From Gemmatimonadota bacterium (GTDB taxonomy: Bacteria; Gemmatimonadota; Gemmatimonadetes; Palauibacterales; KS3-K002): a stretch of 64,000 nt of DNA. A model generated the notes under the pieces. That model was not told the origin of the DNA and made no database searches. It worked only from the letters and a program-made list of their open reading frames with translations. A program made the translations under genes and the position numbers. The stretch is from the NCBI GenBank assembly GCA_041617795.1, contig JBFJOD010000002.1, forward strand, positions 1,189-65,188, written 5' to 3'. Below are positions 26,091 to 35,240 of the stretch, one piece after another. The stretch's first letter is position 1. Each line of letters begins with the position of its first letter.

Positions 26091-26494
26091 TGTCGAAGAG
26101 TGGCTTTAGCCTGGTGGAGCTGATGGTCGCCCTGGTGATCTTCAGTTTCGGGGTACTGGCGGGTTTTGCCTTGCTCGAGGGTGGTTTCCGCTTGGAGGGC
26201 AAAGCCGAGCTAGAAACGCAGATGACCATTGCCGCCGAGATGAAGATCGAGGAGCTGATGGCAATAGCGGGTACGAAACGGCCGGACACACTGGCGTTGG
26301 TGTTCGGTGGCGACCTCAACTCCAATGTTGGCGGGTATTGGGATACGGCAACGCTGGATGGTCGAACCTTCACGCGTCGTTGGCAGATGGAGGCCGGTCC
26401 GGCGGGCACCCGGCTGGCGCGTGTTCGGGTGCTGCCACAGTATCCGCCCGCCATAGGCGACGTTGAATTGCTGAGCTTTCTGATTCATGACTGA
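26087..26494 (+). CDS. prepilin-type N-terminal cleavage/methylation domain protein (PilV-like minor pilin)
   Basis: 135 aa. MMSKSG|FSLVELMVALVIFSFGVLAG is a canonical class III signal with Glu at +5. It overlaps the upstream gene by 4 nt. Confidence 0.8.
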   Translation: MMSKSGFSLVELMVALVIFSFGVLAGFALLEGGFRLEGKAELETQMTIAAEMKIEELMAIAGTKRPDTLALVFGGDLNSNVGGYWDTATLDGRTFTRRWQMEAGPAGTRLARVRVLPQYPPAIGDVELLSFLIHD

Positions 26495-27092
26495 CCTCGA
26501 ATCGAGCGGCAGGCGATCGCACGAGGCTGCTGGGTTCAGCACACTGGCTATGATTGTCTCGCTGGCGCTGCTGGGATTCTTGCTGTCGCCGATTTTGGGC
26601 AGTGTCATGAGCGCGCAGCGGGGCTTTGTGGCGAATCGTCAGAAAGCGCGGGCGGCGAGCAGCGTTCGTTATGCGCATCTGGCGCTGACCCGGCTGATGC
26701 GCATCGCCGGTAGCAGTCCGGTTGGCAGTCCCATTCAAGCGATCGATCCGGATCCGCTGGCTGTAGGAGCCTTCAACAACATCAGGCTGCGGGCAGACTA
26801 CAACCCGCCAGATGGCGACGTCGACGACCCGGGAGAGGACCTCGAATTCTACCTGCGGGGCGATACGATGTTCGTGCGGCCCGGTGGCGCTGAAGAGGAG
26901 CCTTATATCATCGGGGTCGATTCTTTGTCGTTCGAGTACTTCGACCGTGATGGAGCGGTGATCACGGATCCGGACCGTGTGCTGACACGGGCGATATCGG
27001 CGCAGGTGATGATCCGCGCGCGGGGCGAATCCACCGGAGATGCGACTGAACGTATGTTGGTCGGTCATGTCCGCCTACGAAACGGAAGGTGA
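26487..27092 (+). CDS. PilW-like type IV minor pilin (degenerate prepilin signal)
   Basis: 201 aa. AAG|FSTLAMIVSLALLGFLL has a hydrophobic pilin-like helix but Ala at +5. Its position and overlaps within the minor pilin operon support the call. Confidence 0.5.
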   Translation: MTDLESSGRRSHEAAGFSTLAMIVSLALLGFLLSPILGSVMSAQRGFVANRQKARAASSVRYAHLALTRLMRIAGSSPVGSPIQAIDPDPLAVGAFNNIRLRADYNPPDGDVDDPGEDLEFYLRGDTMFVRPGGAEEEPYIIGVDSLSFEYFDRDGAVITDPDRVLTRAISAQVMIRARGESTGDATERMLVGHVRLRNGR

Positions 27093-28423
27093 TTCGCATG
27101 ACAGGGAGGGTGCGTTTCGATGAATCGGGTCTCGCCCTGGTCACCGTCCTTTTAGCGATGGCTCTCGTCACAGTCATTGGCGCTGCACTAACGGCCGTCG
27201 GCATCGTCGAATTCCGCTCCTCGATCAACCACCGGTCTGCGACGCGCGCTCTGCTGCTGGCCGATGCGGGCGCGACGCATGCCCAGGCGCTCCTACGCGG
27301 GCCCCTCGAAGGGTTGCCCTACACCGATGTCCTGCTCGGCGCCGACGGCGTCGCCGACACGGAGGACGACGGACTTCTCGTCGGCTTCGGCCTCGACAGC
27401 AGCGACGAGTTGCCGGACTCGGGAATCCCGTTGGGGGACGGCCGCTACTTCGTGACAATTATCAACGATCCTGGCGACCCCAGCGGCCATGTCTTGACCG
27501 ATGACAACCATCGCTTCATTGCGGTCGGTCGCGGTGAGACTCTGGACGGTGGAATGGCCGAGATCAACGTGCTGCTGGCCGCGCCGGCATTCCCCGCGGT
27601 GGCGAGCAACGGTCCCCTGAGAGTGGTCGGCAGCCCAAGCGTGCTTGGCCCCTGTGCCGGTATACATGCTAACGACACGCTGACGGTCGATGGGCATCCG
27701 ATTGTGGATGGACCGGTGACCTCCGCGGATACCGTGGTCATGCTTGACGGCGCCGTGGTATACGACGAAGACGGAGACACGGTGCCGCCGGGTTACGAAC
27801 CACCCGTCGAGATTCCTGACCTGGACCCGTTGGATTTCTGCTATGCGGCCGATTTCGAACTCAAAGACGGCTGGGTAATTTCGATCGACCCGGACGATGC
27901 TTCGCGAGACAGTTCCTTTGCCGGTGGAAGCAAGGTGTTGGGTTGGCAGTGGGATGTGATCACTAATACTTATCAGCTGAAGGCTAGTGACGCTGTCGAA
28001 GGTACGGTCTGCGCTCACGGCAGCATCAAAGTAACGGGCAACCTCGGGAGCGTAGCGGATACTTTCGACATCACGATGCTTTCGACTGGATCGGTGCAGG
28101 TCGGCGGCACGCCGGTGGTTCAAGCCGACCACCCGGAGGATTTCCTAATCGTTGCCAAAGGCGATGTGAAGCTGAGCGGTACCTCGGGAGCCTCAACGCC
28201 TTACTATGGCGGGACGACCTACGCTGGCAGTCAGTGCCAGGTAAATGGCACACCGGACTATAACGGTAACATTCTATGTTACGATGCTGAGGATCCGTTC
28301 GGTGCGGTGGATCTGATAGATGAGAACTTGGTCAACGGACAGCCGGCTATAAACTACGATTGCACCGGCAAGCGCCGCCGCACGTTGGTCGCCGCTTGGT
28401 GGGAATCGCGGACAAACCAGTAG
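27089..28423 (+). CDS. PilX-like pilus assembly protein, large variant
   Basis: 444 aa. The N-terminus ESGLALVTVLLAMALVTVIGAALTAVGIVEFRSS...ALLLADAGA resembles the PilX_N domain. It overlaps the upstream gene by 4 nt. Confidence 0.55.
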   Translation: MIRMTGRVRFDESGLALVTVLLAMALVTVIGAALTAVGIVEFRSSINHRSATRALLLADAGATHAQALLRGPLEGLPYTDVLLGADGVADTEDDGLLVGFGLDSSDELPDSGIPLGDGRYFVTIINDPGDPSGHVLTDDNHRFIAVGRGETLDGGMAEINVLLAAPAFPAVASNGPLRVVGSPSVLGPCAGIHANDTLTVDGHPIVDGPVTSADTVVMLDGAVVYDEDGDTVPPGYEPPVEIPDLDPLDFCYAADFELKDGWVISIDPDDASRDSSFAGGSKVLGWQWDVITNTYQLKASDAVEGTVCAHGSIKVTGNLGSVADTFDITMLSTGSVQVGGTPVVQADHPEDFLIVAKGDVKLSGTSGASTPYYGGTTYAGSQCQVNGTPDYNGNILCYDAEDPFGAVDLIDENLVNGQPAINYDCTGKRRRTLVAAWWESRTNQ

Positions 28424-28456
28424 TCCGGCAGGAAGATTCGCGAGGTTGGAGAGGTG

Positions 28457-28483
28457 CGGGCGAGCACTGTGGCAGTGCTCGCC
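28457..28483. terminator. strong hairpin between the convergent pilX-like and GGDEF genes
   Basis: A perfect 12-bp stem GGGCGAGCACTG / CAGTGCTCGCCC with a 3-nt loop. A weak T-rich tail (TTGCTCGTT) follows on the + strand. Confidence 0.5.
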
Positions 28484-28499
28484 CTTGCTCGTTCAGGGG

Positions 28500-29957
28500 C
28501 TATCGCTTCACAAAGTCGGGCCAGAACAGCGTCCGGCCGCTGGACAGCCGTTGTCGCTCGCGGCGCGCCCGGTACATCGCGGCGTCGGCCTCTGCCACCA
28601 CCGACTCCACGACGGCGGGGAAGTCCGGGAAGCCCAGCTCGAAAGGTGGGACATCGCCGGGATCGAGAGTCGCCGTGCCCATGCTCACACGCAGAGCGGG
28701 GAGGCTACTGGGCCACGAGCCCTTGCGATCGCTGGCCAGAGCGTCGCGCAGGCGGTCGGCAACGATCTTGACGCCTTCGTAGTCGGCGTCGATCAAGATG
28801 ACCAAGAACTCGTCACCGCCGAAACGCCCGACGACATCGGAGTCGCGGACCTTCTGCTTGAGCAGGTTGCCAAGATGCCGGAGCGCACGGTCACCGACAA
28901 CGTGACCGTGCTCGTCATTCAGCTTCTTGAACTGGTCGATGTCGAGCATTAGGGCGGAGACGGGCAGCGCTTTGCGCCAGGCTAGTTTGATCGTCTGGCG
29001 CAGCCGCTCGAGGGTGAAAGACTTCCGGAAGACGCGGGTGGTCGAGTCGACGGTTGCCAGCTCGTAGAGCACTGCATTGCGAATCGCGGCGGCAGCCTGG
29101 TTCCCGTATAGCTGCAGGACCTCCACGTCGCTTTCCCGGCTGCACGGCTTTTCCACATAGGCCAACCCCAGGACATGCTCGGCAAGGGCCAAGGGCAGAA
29201 TGCCGTGCCGCGCGTCGAGCACATGACTGCGCTCTTCGAGCGCCCGTCGGACCATCTGCGCCGGGACCGCCTTGATGCGATCAACGGTCGTGCCTCGCGC
29301 ATAAACGTCGGAATTGGCCGCGCCGATGACGTAATCGTCGCTGGACTGGACGACTTCTTCGTAATCGACGATTGGCGGTTTGCCGACTGGATCGCTCAGA
29401 CGCGCAGCGACGAAACCGTTTTGGCCACCGACCAGGGCATCGACTTGCTCAAGCACCGCGCTCAAGACTTCGTCCAGCGATTGGATTCGGTGTAGATCGG
29501 GCACCGCATCGATGACCTGGCGCAGTCTCTGGCGCGTCCGTTGGATGAGCTCCTGTTGCTGAGTCGTGGTGAGCGCAGCACTCACCCACAGCGCCAGGGC
29601 GTCGTTTCCCTGTAGTTTGTCGTGATATCCGTAGATGTCGTGGAGGCGCTGCAGCTCGCGGAGCCGTTCATCCGGAGGTCCGGAGCCCAGCAAGATCGTC
29701 GGAGCTGTCGGCGCCCGAGCCTTGAGGTCAGCGAGCGGCTCGGCTCCGTCCATCTCGAGCAGTTCCAGCTCGACGACCAGAACGTCGGGTCGCTGATCGG
29801 CCAGGAAGTTCGCCGCAGCGATAAGGTCCTCTGCGCCCCAAGCTTTGCAGCCGGCCTCGGCAAGTTGCTTACAGCTGTCAGTAAGAAACCGGGGATCGCT
29901 ATCCACCAACAGAACGGTAAGGCCCTGTTTTGTCCGCGGAATTCCAGCAACGGTCAT
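28500..29957 (-). CDS. REC(atypical)-GAF-GGDEF diguanylate cyclase
   Basis: 485 aa. The N-terminal receiver-like domain (VLLVDSD ... DVLVVELELLEMDG) has Glu at the phospho-acceptor position. A central GAF-like region follows, then a C-terminal GGDEF domain with an intact GGDEF and an RxxD I-site (RDSDVVGRFGGDEF). Confidence 0.9.
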   Translation of the reverse strand: MTVAGIPRTKQGLTVLLVDSDPRFLTDSCKQLAEAGCKAWGAEDLIAAANFLADQRPDVLVVELELLEMDGAEPLADLKARAPTAPTILLGSGPPDERLRELQRLHDIYGYHDKLQGNDALALWVSAALTTTQQQELIQRTRQRLRQVIDAVPDLHRIQSLDEVLSAVLEQVDALVGGQNGFVAARLSDPVGKPPIVDYEEVVQSSDDYVIGAANSDVYARGTTVDRIKAVPAQMVRRALEERSHVLDARHGILPLALAEHVLGLAYVEKPCSRESDVEVLQLYGNQAAAAIRNAVLYELATVDSTTRVFRKSFTLERLRQTIKLAWRKALPVSALMLDIDQFKKLNDEHGHVVGDRALRHLGNLLKQKVRDSDVVGRFGGDEFLVILIDADYEGVKIVADRLRDALASDRKGSWPSSLPALRVSMGTATLDPGDVPPFELGFPDFPAVVESVVAEADAAMYRARRERQRLSSGRTLFWPDFVKR

Positions 29958-30142
29958 TAGGCAACACTCGTGTTATCGGGTTCTGACGGGCTCGCCTACA
30001 TGTGTGACTGACGGTACAGGATGACGGGGGGTTGGTGGGACAGGGCGGCTATTGCTACCCGAACGGGGCCCATAAGTTCGCTGAGCAGGCCCGCGAAGTC
30101 AATCGTCCCGGAATTCGCCGGAGGTCTTTGAGTATCGTGCTG

Positions 30143-31126
30143 ATGCGAGCTATTCAGATGACGGGGGCGGGCGGCCCCGAAGTGCTTGTGTTGCATAAGG
30201 TTGAGATCCGTGACCCCGGCCGGGGTGAGGTCCGGGTGCGGGTTCGTGCGGCAGGAGTGAACCGGGCCGATCTGCTGCAGCGGCGTGGGTTTTACCCGCC
30301 GCCGCCCGGCTGGCCGACAGACATCCTCGGCCTGGAGTACTCCGGTGTGGTGGACGGGGTGGGAGAAGGGGTCGAGCTCTGGCGCGAAGGCGATCGGGTG
30401 ATGGGCCTGGTCGGGGGAGGGGGTTACGCTGACTACGTGGTCGTTCCCGAACGAGAGATACTCCCGATCGCGGAAGGCCTGACCTTCGAACAGGCGGCCG
30501 CCATACCCGAGGCATTCATAACGGCGCACGACGCGCTGTTCACGCAGCTCGGCCTCCGTGTGGGTGAAGAGCTGCTGATCCATGCCGTGGGCAGCGGCGT
30601 TGGGACTGCCGCGCTACAACTCGCCGCGGTGACCGGGGCGAACGTGATCGGAACGTCACGATCGGCTTGGAAACTGGAGCGCGCCCGCGAGCTCGGGCTT
30701 GCGGCTGCGATCGACACTTCAAAGCAAGACCTTGTTCAGGCCGTCGAGCGGCTGACCGGCGGTGCTGGCGTTGACGTAGTCCTCGACCTGATCGGCGGGA
30801 CCGCTTTCCAAGCGAATCTAGATTGCCTGGCAGAGCGGGGCCGTCTGATCGTCGTGGGTCTGACCGCTGGTCGCAGTGCCGAGGTCGATCTCGGCGTGAT
30901 GTTGCGCAAGCGGCTGAGGTTGATCGGGACCTCGCTTAGGGCACGGCCGCCGGAGGAAAAGATCGCCGCGGCCCGAAGCCTTAACCACTACGTGGGTCCG
31001 CTTCTGGCCTCAGGGCGGGTGCGTCCAATCGTTGACCGGGTCTTCCCGCTCGAGCAGGCCCGGGAAGCACATCGCGTTATGGAAGCCAACGCCAACTTCG
31101 GCAAGCTTGTTCTAACGACCGTTTGA
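30143..31126 (+). CDS. NADPH:quinone oxidoreductase (zeta-crystallin-like MDR family)
   Basis: I trimmed the ORF to the ATG at 30143. MRAIQMTGAGGPEVLVLHKVEIRDPGRGEVRVRVRAAGVNRADLLQRRGFYPPPPG, and AVGSGVGTAALQLA (the nucleotide-binding glycine motif), are typical of Qor-type proteins. Confidence 0.9.
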   Translation: MRAIQMTGAGGPEVLVLHKVEIRDPGRGEVRVRVRAAGVNRADLLQRRGFYPPPPGWPTDILGLEYSGVVDGVGEGVELWREGDRVMGLVGGGGYADYVVVPEREILPIAEGLTFEQAAAIPEAFITAHDALFTQLGLRVGEELLIHAVGSGVGTAALQLAAVTGANVIGTSRSAWKLERARELGLAAAIDTSKQDLVQAVERLTGGAGVDVVLDLIGGTAFQANLDCLAERGRLIVVGLTAGRSAEVDLGVMLRKRLRLIGTSLRARPPEEKIAAARSLNHYVGPLLASGRVRPIVDRVFPLEQAREAHRVMEANANFGKLVLTTV

Positions 31127-31185
31127 CCGGTCTCGGGGTGTCCTGAGTCTCGACCGCGACGTCTCGTGCCAATCTGAAGTCGTGG

Positions 31186-32409
31186 CTACCGTCGGCGGCG
31201 GGCAGCACCGCGCCGCGGCCGCAGCGAGGGTCCTTGCGGTCTTGGAGCTGGCATCAGCTCGGCGGGTTGGATCGGCGCGATGGCCGGCTCGAATCCGGGA
31301 ACGGTCTCTCGGAAGAAGGTTCGGCCCATCAGTTTTTCAACGTCACTCATCATGGCCCACTCGTCGGGCGACATCAGGGTCATCGCTATGCCTTGCGCGC
31401 CGGCCCGCGCCGTCCGACCGACGCGATGGACGTAGGCTTCCGGATCGCGGGGTACGTCAAAGTTCACCACCATGGCGATATCGTCGACGTCGATGCCGCG
31501 GGCGGCCACGTCGGTCGCGACGAGGACTCGGGTCTTGCCTCGCTTGAAGCGGCCGAGGGCCTCGTTGCGTGCGCTCTGTGTCTTGCCACCGTGAAGAGCC
31601 GCCACGTTCTTGCCCTGGCGACGCAGGTGGCTGGCGAGGGTCTCGGCTCCGTGCTTTGTACGCGTGAACACAAGCGTGCGGTTGTCTGGCAGAGTCTCCA
31701 GCAGCCTTGCCAGCAGACTGCGCTTCTTTGGCTTGTCCACCGCGACCACAACGTGTTCGACCCCCTCGGCCGCTTCGGCGCGTCGACCGATCTCGACGGC
31801 GGCGTGGTCATTTAAGGCGCGGCGAGCTAACCGGTCGACGTCACCCGAGATGGTTGCGGAGAAGAACATCGTCTGACGCTGGGACGGCAGCGTGTCGAGG
31901 ATCCGATTCACGTCGCGCGAGAACCCCATGTCCAGCATCCGGTCCGCTTCGTCGAGTACGAGCACCTCGAGCTTTGAAGTGTCAACGTGTCCGCGCCCCA
32001 TGTGATCGAGCAGACGGCCGGGAGTGGCGATCACGATATCGACGCCGTGTTTTAGCGCGCGGGTTTGGGGCTCCATCCGGACGCCACCATAGATGGCGAC
32101 CGATTTCAGGCTGACATACTTGCCGTAGGTGCGCGCGCTGTTCAAGACCTGTTCGGCCAGCTCGCGCGTTGGAGCCAGAACGAGCGCCCGGAGCGTGCCG
32201 CCTCGACCGGTCTTGAGACGCTGCAGGATCGGCAGGAGGAACGCCGCTGTCTTGCCGGTACCGGTCTGCGCCGAACCGACGACGTCACGGCCTTCCAGGC
32301 CGATCGGAATCGCCTCAGTCTGGATTGGAGTGGGCTCGGTATATCCGTGTTCGACCAGAGCCCGTAAGAGTTCGGGCGCGAGGCCCAGTGATTGAAATGA
32401 TGGTTTCAT
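31186..32409 (-). CDS. DEAD-box ATP-dependent RNA helicase (RhlE-like)
   Basis: Q-motif (FQSLGL...PTPIQ), AQTGTGKT, DEAD, SAT and HRVGRTARAG motifs, with a basic Arg-rich C-terminal tail. The start at 32409 aligns with the E. coli RhlE N-terminus as I recall it; an upstream in-frame ATG at 32430 is the alternative. Confidence 0.92.
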   Translation of the reverse strand: MKPSFQSLGLAPELLRALVEHGYTEPTPIQTEAIPIGLEGRDVVGSAQTGTGKTAAFLLPILQRLKTGRGGTLRALVLAPTRELAEQVLNSARTYGKYVSLKSVAIYGGVRMEPQTRALKHGVDIVIATPGRLLDHMGRGHVDTSKLEVLVLDEADRMLDMGFSRDVNRILDTLPSQRQTMFFSATISGDVDRLARRALNDHAAVEIGRRAEAAEGVEHVVVAVDKPKKRSLLARLLETLPDNRTLVFTRTKHGAETLASHLRRQGKNVAALHGGKTQSARNEALGRFKRGKTRVLVATDVAARGIDVDDIAMVVNFDVPRDPEAYVHRVGRTARAGAQGIAMTLMSPDEWAMMSDVEKLMGRTFFRETVPGFEPAIAPIQPAELMPAPRPQGPSLRPRRGAARRRR

Positions 32410-32654
32410 TAATGCAACTTTTCTTGACATGCGTCCGCGTGCCGAGCGACGGCTGCGTCGCCCGTGACGCGATACTAGTGATTGACTTGAACCTGAGGAG
32501 TTGAAGCGGCGGGTTAGTTACGCGCCGGTACCCAATCCTAAGCCGGGTAACATTCTGCGTAGAGAAGAATCCAGCTTGCGGTTCGTCTAACGGACTGGAA
32601 TATAGTGGATTACAGCGTTCGACGCCAACCCCCCAGCTTTTCGACGCCCGAATT

Positions 32655-33386
32655 CTATTGTATCTGCCTGGCCAGCGTATCGTGGTGCGAGTGAATCAGG
32701 CTGCGCAGGTAAGTGCCGATTCGGTCGGCGCTTTCGAACCCTGCGGCGCGCGCCGCCGCGTCCTCCCGATCCGCCGGAACGTCCGCGCTCGCTGCGAAGT
32801 GTCTGATATCCCGATAAAAGCCGATCGTGTAGAGATCCCAGGCGGCGCCAGCCACCCGGGTGAAGATCAGGTTCTGGGGACGATCGATCGCTTTCAAGTA
32901 GGCGTTCTCCATCTGCCGCTGCTCGAGAAGGCGTTTCCGCATGCCGGGAAGAGCGATGAACATCTCCACATGGAAGTACGACGCGTTTGCAAAGGCGGCT
33001 GTCACGGTGTCCAGCGGCGGACCCGCCACATACAACTCCTCCTGCCAAGCCACGAGCCTGTCTAGCTCCGCGCCCAACTCCGCCGCGGACGGTCCAACAC
33101 TCCGTGCCGCTCGCCCGCGCCGGACACTTCTTTCCGACGAGTAGTAATCGTGGAAGCTGTGCATCGGGTATAGGAGCAGCAGGTCCCATTGATCACCCTG
33201 GCTGTGGCGCATCATGAACGGGCGCGTCTCCCTGGCCTCGTCGAATGCTGGCATCTGTTTTTGGAACAACTCGATCAGCGACAGCAGTTCGCCCGGCGCC
33301 GCCCTCACGAGCAGAGTGCGATACAAGTATCCGTCACTCGTTTGCGGCGTCTGGATCAGCAGTGAGGCGATCAGCAAAGTGAGCAT
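32655..33386 (-). CDS. hypothetical protein with an internal duplication (two alpha/beta-barrel-like repeats)
   Basis: 243 aa. Two related segments are visible by eye (...MRHSQGDQWDLLLLYPMHSFHDYY... and ...TRVAGAAWDLYTIGFYRDIRHFAA...). It starts 19 nt downstream of the yqeC stop on the same strand. Confidence 0.5.
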   Translation of the reverse strand: MLTLLIASLLIQTPQTSDGYLYRTLLVRAAPGELLSLIELFQKQMPAFDEARETRPFMMRHSQGDQWDLLLLYPMHSFHDYYSSERSVRRGRAARSVGPSAAELGAELDRLVAWQEELYVAGPPLDTVTAAFANASYFHVEMFIALPGMRKRLLEQRQMENAYLKAIDRPQNLIFTRVAGAAWDLYTIGFYRDIRHFAASADVPADREDAAARAAGFESADRIGTYLRSLIHSHHDTLARQIQ

Positions 33387-33404
33387 TCCAGCCTCCCGGT
33401 CAGC

Positions 33405-34157
33405 TTACCGTTGGATAACGTCGACTAGACGGTCCCTGCGTGTGCTCGATGTTAAGACCACGCGATCGAACCGGTCGCTGAGATCGAGAGCGATCCGGGC
33501 CGCTTCGCGGGCCGCGGTCAGCCGATCGTCGTCATCTACCATGTTGATCAGCGGTACGACGGTGGCTTCGCCGGCATTCTTCAATGCGCCGCGGTTGTCG
33601 GCCAGCAGCTGGCCCAAATGCGCACGGGTTAACCGCTGGCCGCGCCGGGCCCCGGTCACCGCCTCGACGCGCTCGACGCGGTGTGCGATTCGCTCGGATA
33701 ATGGCTCGTCGATGGCGCGAGCGGAAACCACCGGAACCAGCGCTGTCGTGCCGAGCGGTATCATTGGCTCATGTTGGTTGGGTGCTTTGACCCAGCGCCG
33801 GCGGGCGCCGTCCGCTTTTACCAGCATGACATCGAAAACCCCAAGTGATCGCAGTTCATCAATCAGCTCGGGTTCAAGCCCTGCGTATCTGCCCGGTTTT
33901 TGGGAAGGTCGCGCGAATGCAACGACTCGGTGGTTCGCTGCGGCTTTGACTACAGCAGCGACGATATGCTCCGAATCCGCGATCACGACCTCGGCATCCA
34001 GCGAAGGTGGGAAATGATCAATGGGTACTGTGCAGGTCAATCCCACCCGGCCGGGGTGGGCGGCGGCCAGGTGGTACAGAGTCGTCTTCTTGCCGCCGGC
34101 ACCGACAGCGCAAAGCAGACCGGAACTTGCTTCGAGAAGTTCGAGGAACTGGCTCAC
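33405..34157 (-). CDS. yqeC: selenium cofactor biosynthesis / selenium-dependent hydroxylase accessory protein YqeC family
   Basis: 250 aa. LLCAVGAGGKKTTL (P-loop), VMLVKADGARR and overall length match my recollection of the YqeC family (TIGR03172). Confidence 0.7.
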   Translation of the reverse strand: MSQFLELLEASSGLLCAVGAGGKKTTLYHLAAAHPGRVGLTCTVPIDHFPPSLDAEVVIADSEHIVAAVVKAAANHRVVAFARPSQKPGRYAGLEPELIDELRSLGVFDVMLVKADGARRRWVKAPNQHEPMIPLGTTALVPVVSARAIDEPLSERIAHRVERVEAVTGARRGQRLTRAHLGQLLADNRGALKNAGEATVVPLINMVDDDDRLTAAREAARIALDLSDRFDRVVLTSSTRRDRLVDVIQR

Positions 34158-34160
34158 GGG

Positions 34161-35240
34161 TCAGACATCGGCGATGCTGGCGTGGACCGACAGAATTCGC
34201 GGCAAGAATCCGGCGATGATTTCCCAGTTATCCCCAGCGTCGCGACTCGCGAACAGATGGCCGCTGGAGGTCCCGAAGTAGAGGCCGCAGGGGGCGAGTC
34301 CGTCACAAGCGATCGCTTCGCGAAGCACGGTGACGTAGGCGTTTTTCTGCGGGAGACCTCGCGTCAGCGGTTGCCAATCGAGTCCAGCGTTCTGACTGCG
34401 GTACACGGTGATTGCGCCGCCGACGGTCGTCCGCACATGGCTGCTCTCTTCTGGAATGATGTAAACCACGTCGGCGTTTCTGGGGTCGGTCGCGATCGCA
34501 TAGCCGAAGTCACTGGGTAGCCCTTCGGTGATCTCCGTCCAGTGTGCCCCGCGGTCGTCGGTTCGGTACGTTCCCGTGTGACTCTGCTGGTACAGCCGGT
34601 CGGGGTGTTTGGGGTGAAGAACGATGCGGTGCACGCAGTGCCCGGTCGTCGGTTTCGGGTTGGGGAGATAATCGGCGCGCACGCCGCGGTTGATCGCGAT
34701 CCAGCTTTCACCTGCGTCGTCGGACCGAAAGGCGCCACCCGCCGATACGGCAGCGTAGATGCGTCGGCGGTCGCGCGGGTCGACGTAGATGGAGTGAAGC
34801 GCCAGGCCGCCCTTTGCAGGTTGCCAGGTGGCCCGAGTGTGGTGGTTGTTCAGTGCCGATACCGGGCCCCAGCTGTCACCGCGATCGCGGCTGACGAACA
34901 GACCGGCCGGCTCGATACCGGCGTATAGCGTGTCCGGCTCGGCGGGGTGACCGGGGGCCAAGAACCAGATCGCTTCGACACCGGGCGGGCTCGCTGCTGG
35001 ATCGAAATGGGGGACCTCGGGCAATAGTTGCCAGGATTGGCCGCCGTCGCTGCTCCGATGAATGTGAACGCCCCAGACCATGTGGCTGGCGGCTGCGTAG
35101 GCGGTGCTACGGTCCCGCGGATCGAGGATCGCGTGATAGACCTCGTAACCGGCAAGGTGTGGACCCTCGATCCGCCACTCGCGCCGCGTTGTGTCCGCCG
35201 TTGCCACGAACAAACCTTTACGCGTCCCAACGAGCAGCAC
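34161..35240 (-). CDS. BNR/Asp-box repeat beta-propeller protein
   Basis: 359 aa with six SxDxGxxW-type Asp-boxes: SSDGGQSW, SRDRGDSW, SDDAGESW, TDDRGAHW, SQNAGLDW, SRDAGDNW. Confidence 0.85.
   Translation of the reverse strand: MLLVGTRKGLFVATADTTRREWRIEGPHLAGYEVYHAILDPRDRSTAYAAASHMVWGVHIHRSSDGGQSWQLLPEVPHFDPAASPPGVEAIWFLAPGHPAEPDTLYAGIEPAGLFVSRDRGDSWGPVSALNNHHTRATWQPAKGGLALHSIYVDPRDRRRIYAAVSAGGAFRSDDAGESWIAINRGVRADYLPNPKPTTGHCVHRIVLHPKHPDRLYQQSHTGTYRTDDRGAHWTEITEGLPSDFGYAIATDPRNADVVYIIPEESSHVRTTVGGAITVYRSQNAGLDWQPLTRGLPQKNAYVTVLREAIACDGLAPCGLYFGTSSGHLFASRDAGDNWEIIAGFLPRILSVHASIADV

Noticed and set aside
32410-32654. The long 5' untranslated region of the DEAD-box helicase gene as a cold-responsive structured leader.
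   Set aside because: It is plausible by analogy with other DEAD-box helicase genes. I could not identify a defined promoter, a conserved cold-box or a convincing structure by eye.
33214-34017. Long antisense ORFs. This one is 267 aa. Others are 40197..41321 (374 aa), 44960..45874, 45429..46403, 46789..47763, 27293..28132, 26370..27068, 22939..23550, 16212..16814 and 55910..56497.
   Set aside because: Each lies opposite a gene with strong, motif-level family identity (yqeC, ftsH, exbD/tonB, divIVA, pilX-like and others). Their translations are Arg/Pro/Ser/Ala-rich low-complexity sequence, as expected from open antisense frames in GC-rich DNA.
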